A DNA stretch of 63,781 nucleotides, counting the filler, from Octopus bimaculoides (lineage: Eukaryota), in NCBI RefSeq assembly GCF_001194135.2. It is 6 parts of 6 records of this genome, joined end to end, with 100 filler letters (N's around TTAATTAATTAA, not from the genome) between each part and the next. Parts side by side here need not be neighbours in the genome. Positions count along the whole stretch, not along the records: positions 52,910 to 61,007 come from NC_068981.1; positions 61,108 to 63,781 come from NC_069005.1; 4 more parts are not named here. One strand, 5' to 3'. Below the pieces are notes generated by a model. That model saw only the letters and a program-made list of their open reading frames with translations, was not told where the DNA came from and searched no databases. This document shows, one piece after another, positions 55,813-63,781 of this stretch; within the stretch, counting starts at the first letter, position 1; each line of letters opens with the position of its first letter. A program made the translations under genes and the position numbers.

Positions 55813-56449
55813 TGATCATGTTTTGTAGAGCAAAAGAGACTGTGTATTCTGTGGTGAATAATTCAAAGCGAAAGCAAACAAGATGAGAAGGAAGTCGCGA
55901 GTGAGAAGAGAGTTGGAAGAGAAAGAGATAAAGGAAGTTATAGAGAGAAAGAATGGTCCTGATGACAGGTGGTCAACAAGAAAGTGTTGGAAAGTAATAT
56001 CGTAGCAAAGCGTCTAAAAAGCACAAAAACAAAAATAGGTTTAAGAGAGCCAGCACAAGCTGTTACATAGCTTTCAACAGACCAGCGCCTTTAGAAGTGA
56101 AGCAATGATTTGGGTGTTGCAGTTGTGGGAAATAAATATTGTTTGAAACGAGTCGAAAATCTGAAAAGAAAGTATTAAGCAGAGCAGGGGTCTGTGAGAG
56201 ATAGATGTAGAAAATAAATAAAAATTTAATGGAACGAAAGAGTAAAGAAGAATTATCTAGAATCTGTGTGTGTGAAGAATGTGATTCGTTAATTCAAACG
56301 TGTAATAGATATGACTGGGAATGATTGAGGAAGGTAGGTAGAGGAAAATCGCAGAAGCCTAATGTGTTTGCGCCTAAGCGCACGTGGGCGTTGTACGTGT
56401 ATGTGTGTGCGTATAAGCATGAGTGTATATGTGTGTGTGTTGTGTGCGA

Positions 56450-56502
<53 letters not shown>

Positions 56503-56505
<3 letters not shown>

Positions 56506-56594
56506 GCGCGTGGCCTAGTGGTTAGGGTGTCAGCATCATGATCGTAAGATTGTGGTTTCGATTCCTGCCCCGGGCGACGCGTTGTGTTCTTGAG
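56503..56594 (+). mobile_element. SINE family D head (rest in the gap)
   Basis: ggcgcgtggcctagtggttagg (A-box), gtggtttcgattcc (B-box), then gttgtgttcttgag. Confidence 0.7.
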
Positions 56595-57289
56595 NNNNNN
56601 NNNNNNNNNNNNNNNNNNNNNNNNNNNNNNNNNNNNNNNNNNNNNNNNNNNNNNNNNNNNNNNNNNNNNNNNNNNNNNNNNNNNNNNNNNNNNNNNNNNN
56701 NNNNNNNNNNNNNNNNNNNNNNNNNNNNNNNNNNNNNNNNNNNNNNNNNNNNNNNNNNNNNNNNNNNNNNNNNNNNNNNNNNNNNNNNNNNNNNNNNNNN
56801 NNNNNNNNNNNNNNNNNNNNNNNNNNNNNNNNNNNNNNNNNNNNNNNNNNNNNNNNNNNNNNNNNNNNNNNNNNNNNNNNNNNNNNNNNNNNNNNNNNNN
56901 NNNNNNNNNNNNNNNNNNNNNNNNNNNNNNNNNNNNNNNNNNNNNNNNNNNNNNNNNNNNNNNNNNNNNNNNNNNNNNNNNNNNNNNNNNNNNNNNNNNN
57001 NNNNNNNNNNNNNNNNNNNNNNNNNNNNNNNNNNNNNNNNNNNNNNNNNNNNNNNNNNNNNNNNNNNNNNNNNNNNNNNNNNNNNNNNNNNNNNNNNNNN
57101 NNNNNNNNNNNNNNNNNNNNNNNNNNNNNNNNNNNNNNNNNNNNNNNNATCTTAGGGATTTCTTTTTTTTTAAGAAGACTAAGAGAAAAAGATGTTTTAT
57201 ATGACACATTCTACCAGTGTTCCAAGTTTCAAAGTGTTTCGTTAATGAAAAATGTGGCCCCCGTTTTAAAAAATATCCCGCAAAACATC

Positions 57290-57785
57290 TAGAGAGTTAG
57301 GTGATACAAGAAAAGGACAAAACATACAGATAGACGATACAAAGAAAACACGGTCAGGTCATTCGGTGTTTTCTCTCTTCAGTCGAGATCCAAATTATCT
57401 TTGCAATTTCGGCTGGTTATTCTCGATATTGCTCCAATCTGGCCAGCCCCAAGGAAAAACTAAGCTAAGAGCATTAGATTCCTTGGGAGAAAGCAGCGAA
57501 TGTATACAAAAACAAGGACGGAAAAAACGAACAAAGTTACACAAATACAGTAGGAATAATAACGGGACATAACAACAGATGTCTTTCGACTGGACGAATA
57601 AAATTAAGCTGGCGTATATGGAAATAAGGCCTTACAGCCGGGATACAAGATTTCACAGACACAAGGAGAAATGACGATGTTACACGCACAACGGCCGCCC
57701 CAAAAAAGAAAGGTCAGGCTTGGCCAAACACCGGTCACGTGGGAAGAGAAGAGAGAGGTTGAGGCAGAGAAAAAATGACTAGGAC
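57290..57785 (-). repeat. Unassigned interspersed repeat; partial copy at 21621-21770 (+)
   Basis: aaccagccgaaattgcaaRgataatYtggatcYcgactRaagagagaaaac.ccgaatgac...gtatcgtctat is shared between the two loci in opposite orientations. Confidence 0.6.
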
Positions 57786-58392
57786 TCATTTATGTAATAT
57801 ATTGGAATATAATGGAAGTCGTTAAAGCATTGAATAGAACGTATCACTGTATTTGCACCGACTGTTTGCGTTCTGAGTTCATATCTGATGGAGGTCATTT
57901 TACTTATCGTCCTTTCAGGGTCGATGAAAATATACCATTCCAGATTGGTCATTATAAGAGTCAGGTAATATGTATGCCTTACTGAATTTGTTCTGGCTGT
58001 TTCAGTTCTGAGAGCAAGGCCTGTAACACCACTGGCATCATCCTACGTCGGTGACATTTCCTTTCGATAAACATTGGTAACATAAAAGAGCAGAAGGTTG
58101 TATGTATGAGTAACTGCCAATCTTCCTCAAAATAACCTGCGCAGGTCTGCACAAACATGTACAGATTCATGATTGATCTTGACTAACAGAGACTCAATAT
58201 AATCACAATTCAATCCTTAATCGATCAATCTTTAATCGATCAAACACATAGAAGTTGTAGTAATTACCTTATTGATTTTAAGATATAATGTATTTCGGAC
58301 AATATTATCCAATTAGGCGTTCTTCCTGTTTTTAACAGAGGCGAAATTTGAGGGGCATTTTTACTGTTATTTCTGCTATAAAAACGACTATA

Positions 58393-58554
58393 GGTGCAGG
58401 AGTGGCTGTGTGGTAAGTAGCTAGCTTACCAACCACATGGTTCCGGGTTCATTCCCACTGCGTGGCACCTTGGATAAGTGTCTTCTACTATAGCCTCGGG
58501 CCGACCAAAGCCTTGTGAGTGGATTTGGTAGACGGAAACTGAAAGAAGCCCATC

Positions 58555-58586
<32 letters not shown>

Positions 58587-58682
58587 NNNNNNNNNNNNNN
58601 NNNNNNNNNNNNNNNNNNNNNNNNNNNNNNNNNNNNNNNNNNNNNNNNNNNNNNNNNNNNNNNNNNNNNNNNNNTGTGTGTA

Positions 58683-58721
<39 letters not shown>

Positions 58722-58950
58722 CTGTGTCTGTGTCTGTGTTTGTACCCCCAACATCGCTTGACAACCGATGGTGGTGTGTTTAGGTCCCCGTAATTTAGCG
58801 GTTCGGCAAAAGTGACCGATAAAATAAGTACTAGGCATCCAAAGAATAAGTCGTGGGGTCGATTTGCTCGACTAAAGGCGGTGCTCCAGCATGGCCGCAG
58901 TCAAATGACTGAAACAAGTAAAAGAGTAAAGAGTAAAAGAGTAAAAGAGT
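58393..58950 (+). mobile_element. SINE family A, full length
   Basis: Same head, internal microsatellite/gap and (aaagagt)n tail as 48281-48998. Confidence 0.85.
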
Positions 58951-59673
58951 ATATCGGAACAACTCTGGTGAGTTCACGAGTTATCAACCTGAGATGAGGA
59001 AAATATGGCTTCTATTTCCAGCAGATTGAGAGTCCACATTGTGCTACTGTTACTGACCAGTGTGACACAGTTGGGATACGATTCTACCCGCACATTACAT
59101 TAATCTTTAACATTCACCGCCAGGTGGATATCTTACTTGACTGACTAAATTGACATTCCACAATGATAATATATAAGAATTTATGTGTATGTGTGTGTTT
59201 GAGTGTATGTGTGAGTACGTACGTATTAGTTTGTATATATGCATATGAGAACGTATTTGAACAGATACGTGTGTATATATGTATGGCTGTCATGTTTATT
59301 TGTATACATCTCTGCGTATATCTTGTTTACATATATGAGTGCGCGTGTGTATTCTGTGTGTGTATATGTATGTGTGCATGTATAATTACACACAAATATA
59401 CTCAACTAATTGGGAAACTATGAGATAAGATATAACCGCAAAGGATATCGGCATATACAAATTGGTCAGACTCCCCTTTCTTGTCTAAATATTTACTGAC
59501 AATCCAAAATATATAGCTGTGTGCGTGTATGTATATATATATGTGTATGTGTATGTGTGTATATGTGTGTATGTGTGTGTGTATGCGCGGACACACTTGT
59601 GTAAGTGTGCGCTCGCATTTATGTATATATAGGTGTCTGTGTATTAGTGTGTTTGCGTGTGAATATTTGTGTG

Positions 59674-59716
<43 letters not shown>

Positions 59717-59931
59717 ATACGCACATATCTCGGTTTGTGCAGTATTGAGTATATGTGTTTGAGGTGTTTGTTGTAACGTCTCTGTATTTCCACTGACTTC
59801 TTGATTTGTAAACATTGGAGTAAAGTAGTAACTCAATGATATATTACGTACCTACATACCACACATACATACACACATACATACATGCATTCATACATAC
59901 ATACATACATACATACATACATACATACATG

Positions 59932-60495
59932 CACAGGCATGCAGGACGTAAATAGACACCTTTAATTTTCAAAATCTTTTAGTTGAAGGAGAGGTTTTTC
60001 TTCTAGCTGCTCGTCCATAATGCCCAAGCTTATGCAGATATATGTAACACACGTTCTTGGACTAACTTCTAGCTGGTTTGCACTGTCAGAAGCCTTCGCA
60101 CGGGATTCGTTTTCCACAATTCTCTTCAAACAGCGAAGCTTCCTTTCCGAGGGCCCAGGTCGGCCGGGACGAGAATCTGTTGATTCTTTTCCGTGGCTTT
60201 TTAATTGCACTATAATTCTATTAACACCAGCAAGAGGAATTTGAAAATTTTCGGCAATTTTTCGCTGGCTAAGACCACCCTCAGATTGACCAACAATACG
60301 ACCTCTTTAAAAATCTGACAGTTCTGCTGAATTTTTTGTGCGTGGCATGGTTACTCTTCACAAATGTTTAATATAATGGCACCTATAATGAAAAAGAATA
60401 ATTACATTGTAAATTCTACACCGCTGAAACATTATGACGCTTAGATCAGAAATTTTGAAAATTAAAGGTGTCTATTTACTTCCTGAATGTCTGTG
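59932..60495 (-). mobile_element. Internally deleted Tc1/mariner element (564 bp) with 44-bp TIRs
   Basis: TIRs at 59932-59975 and 60452-60495 match 41/44 (cacagRcatKcaggaMgtaaatagacacctttaattttcaaaat). The right flank is TA; the left flank is TG (probably a mutated TA). A transposase N-terminus lies inside. Confidence 0.88.
59962..60348 (-). pseudogene. Tc1-like transposase N-terminal DNA-binding region, disrupted and lacking the DDE domain
   Basis: ATG at 60348 gives [98 protein letters not shown]...EEKPLL. These are Tc1-type motifs (ELSDFxRGRIVG, LSQRxIA, GRP, KPLL). There is a TAA at codon 14, and the frame runs into the TIR. Confidence 0.85.
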
Positions 60496-60721
60496 TACAT
60501 ATGCAGATCTGAAATCTTTCTCATACACTTTGCCACACTGGTCCTCAAAATAATCATCATCTTCCTCATTGCCATCATCGTCATCATCATCATAATTATC
60601 GTCCTCATCGTCATCGTCCTCAGCATGGTAATGATGGTATCGATGGTGAAAATGATAAGAATGAACATTAACGTTTATGATGCGTGTAGACACGAAGTTA
60701 TCTCGCAAAAAGATACTTGCA

Positions 60722-60756
<35 letters not shown>

Positions 60757-61087
60757 TTAGGGAAAATAACCAAGTTTCAAGAACTCATCGATGAAAATCC
60801 ACTATCACATATAGAAAAATTAATAATTAAAAGCACAATAAATGAGTATAATATAAAGTAAAGTAAATATCATAAGATAAATATAATAAAAAGATTACAC
60901 GTGTTTCATAACTAATTTTCAAATAGAAAGGAAATTTAAATCGATTAAAATCAATTGAAATTATCGAAAATAAATTCTATTCAAAAATATAGCTAATCGT
61001 CAGATCGNNNNNNNNNNNNNNNNNNNNNNNNNNNNNNNNNNNNNNNNNNNNTTAATTAATTAANNNNNNNNNNNNNNNNNNNNNNNN

Positions 61088-61297
61088 NNNNNNNNNNNNN
61101 NNNNNNNCTGTGTTTCTTTTAATCAATTTTAAATATAACAAAGAATTTAGTAAAATAACTTAGTTATCATTAAGCTAGTGTTAGGAACATAAATTGTGAC
61201 TAAGATTTGGTGGAAGATTTTATTTCAAAACTTATGGAAACAAGACATTTGTACTACAGAACCAGAGGCGGTTTCAACCAAGTTGGTCTCGAAAGGG
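61088..61297. mobile_element. Second copy of the piggyBac-like MITE (left end lost in the gap)
   Basis: Colinear and similar to 61361-61549. It ends ggtctcgaaaggg|ttaa at 61297. Confidence 0.8.
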
Positions 61298-61328
61298 TTA
61301 AGAATTGTTTCTCTATTATATATTTTAA

Positions 61329-61549
61329 CCCTTTCGTTACCATATTTATTTTGAGGTGCTCTGTGTTTCTTTCAATTACTTTAAATATAACAAAGAATTG
61401 AGTAAAATAACTTAATTATCATTCAGCTAGTGTTAGGAACATAAATTTTGACTAAGGTTTGGTGGAAGATTTTAATTCAAAACTTTTGAAAACAAGACAT
61501 TTGTACTACAGTGCCAGATGCGGTTTCAGCCGGGTTGGTATCGAAAGGG
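61329..61549. mobile_element. piggyBac-like MITE (221 bp), complete copy
   Basis: TTAA at 61325-61328 and 61550-61553. TIRs are ccctttcgttacc and ggtatcgaaaggg (12/13). CCC...GGG ends with TTAA TSD are piggyBac hallmarks. Confidence 0.82.
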
Positions 61550-61618
61550 TTAATATGCTAAAAAAATATTTAAAAAAATAAATAAAAGTGTTTAAAGTCC
61601 ATTTATCCTCTTCTGCAG

Positions 61619-61837
61619 AATATCCGCCGTGAACAGAAGCTTCAACAACAAAACGCATTAACTGCAGAACAGTCCGATGGTAACACAGCTAATGGTAACA
61701 CAACAAACAGTCCTGTACAGCTGAGACCGAACTGTAGCAGTGGCTTCAGCAATGCCGTCATTAATCTGTTGGTTGTTGTCGTCTTTGCAGCCTTTGCCTA
61801 CATTGTGAAATATGTTCTTACTAGCGGACTGGAGTAA
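61619..61837 (+). CDS. UBE2J2: Terminal coding exon of ubiquitin-conjugating enzyme E2 J2 (Ubc6-like, ER tail-anchored)
   Basis: Pyrimidine-rich acceptor (atttatcctcttctgcag|) is followed by an open phase-0 frame of 72 aa plus TAA: NIRREQKLQQQNALTAEQSDGNTANGNTTNSPVQLRPNCSSGFSNAVINLLVVVVFAAFAYIVKYVLTSGLE*. The C-terminal TM tail closely matches human UBE2J2 as recalled (ALANLFVIVGFAAFAYTVKYVLRSIAQE). The exon start corresponds to the human last-exon start (EIKQKQK). Upstream UBC-domain exons were not found. Confidence 0.9.
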   Translation, partial: NIRREQKLQQQNALTAEQSDGNTANGNTTNSPVQLRPNCSSGFSNAVINLLVVVVFAAFAYIVKYVLTSGLE

Positions 61838-62023
61838 GCGTCAGTGGAAAAAAAAAAAGCAACTTGCCTATGGACATGTGTATTTCTTTACTCCCTCTGG
61901 CCCCACCCCCTCTCGCTCTCTCTCTCTCCTTCAAAAACTCTCTCTTTCTTTCTTTCCATCTCTAACTCTTCCAGTTTCCTGATACCCTGTCTGATTTTTC
62001 TACACTCATTCATAGTGTTCTAT

Positions 62024-62057
<34 letters not shown>

Positions 62058-62328
62058 GTATTATCCTACAGACACACACACACACACACGCATATATAAT
62101 GATACAAAATGTAGATATATGAATGTGTGTTTATGTGGATGGCAGTGGGGGTTGTCTAGTAGATGTATATATGAGACATATACATGTTATATATATGCAT
62201 ATATGTGTGTATGTGGGTATATATATGCATATATGTGTGTATGTGGGTATATATATATAATGTAAATGTATGTATATATGTTTATGTATGTGTATAGATA
62301 TGTAAATGTATGTATATATGTTTATGCT

Positions 62329-62367
<39 letters not shown>

Positions 62368-62520
62368 ATATAGCTGTTACTATATATGTGTGTATATATA
62401 TATGTATATATATGTGTGTACATATATATATATGTGTATATATATGTATATATGTGTGTGTGTGTGTGTGTATATATGTGTAAATATATATGCATATATG
62501 TGTGCATATATATGAATATA

Positions 62521-62555
<35 letters not shown>

Positions 62556-62776
62556 NNNNNNNNNNNNNNNNNNNNNNNNNNNNNNNNNNNNNNNNNNNNN
62601 NNNNNNNNNNNNNNNNNNNNNNNNNNNNNNNNNNNNNNNNNNNNNNNNNNNNNNNNNNNNNNNNNNNNNNNNNNNNNNNNNNNNNNNNNNNNNNNNNATA
62701 TATATACCTATGTATGTATGCATGTATATCTATCTATCTATGTATGTTTATGTATGTATATATATATATATATGTT

Positions 62777-62812
<36 letters not shown>

Positions 62813-63243
62813 CAGATGTATATATGTATACATGATACAAGGGGGGAGCCTCATACTGTGATCACTTTACGTCAAAGGTTGTTCTACAACAATAACCATT
62901 TGGTAAAGGATCTTCAATAAAGTGCTTAGGACCCACTAATTTTCTTAATAGCCATTCGGGGTCAACTTGTGTTACAATAAACAGCTTTACCTTCTGTGTG
63001 CATGCATGGGTGTGGATGCGCATGATGTTCCTGTAAGCATACACATGACACACGCACACACACACACGTGTGTGTGTGTGAATATATTACAGAAAAGGAA
63101 ATATATGTATTTGTGTGTGTGTGTATGTATATGTATGCATATCTTATATGTATATATCTATGTATGTGCATAAATGCATGTATTATATATATTGATATAT
63201 ATATATTTATTTGTATACATATGTGTGTATATGTATGAATGTT

Positions 63244-63274
<31 letters not shown>

Positions 63275-63568
63275 GTATATATCAATATATCATACATGTA
63301 TATATGACATGTATACAGGTATGATATATGTGTGTATATATATATATATATGTGTGTGTGGGGTGTGTATGTATGTATGCATGCGTGTGTGTGTGTCTCT
63401 CTCTCTCTATATATATATGTATATATATTACATGTGTATAAGGGATGACCACGAGGTGGACATCCAAAATGCTAGAAAGAGGTCAATATATCATACATGT
63501 ATATATGACATGTATACAGGTATATAATATATGTATATATATGTGTGTGGGGGATGTGTGTATGTATG

Positions 63569-63615
<47 letters not shown>

Positions 63616-63781
63616 GTGTATGTGTATATGTGTATCTATATGCATACACTTACTCGTTTCAAATCTGATCTAGCCATTCAGCTAAAAAAAACAATGCTTG
63701 CAGTTACAGTTTTCACCCAATTACAGACTTTATTAATTACTCTTATTTTTTGAAATGCCCTTTGTTTCCAAAATTGTAACG

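Noticed and set aside
63280-63600. Diverged ~130-bp direct duplication in TA/TG-rich sequence
   Set aside because: It is a low-complexity local duplication with no element features.

Overview
AT-rich, microsatellite-saturated, gap-riddled eukaryotic scaffold. The SINE, LINE and microsatellite make-up suggests an Octopus or other coleoid cephalopod genome (inference). It is almost entirely non-coding. The only host coding sequence I can support is the phase-0 terminal exon of a UBE2J2 (Ubc6-type, tail-anchored E2) gene at 61619-61837 (+), which the ORF track misses because it has no ATG. I could not find its upstream exons, so part or most of the window may be a large intron, or exons may lie in N gaps. 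The rest is a layered mobile-element landscape: four tRNA-headed SINE families (called A-D here), decayed R4/Dong-type LINE pieces in (AAT)n arrays, a decayed CR1/L2-type RT, an internally deleted Tc1 element with both TIRs, and small non-autonomous DNA elements (Mutator-like foldback with 9-bp TSD, piggyBac-like TTAA doublet, hAT-like element with 8-bp TSD, Helentron/HINE-like). Nearly all ORFs in the track are microsatellite or N-gap artefacts. I found no convincing novel multi-gene system. The best leads are an unassigned ~550-bp (AAT)n-flanked element, an apparently fixed 200-bp Dong-derived unit, and a 160-bp hairpin element with a telomere-repeat loop. Family names come from recalled motifs, not database searches.
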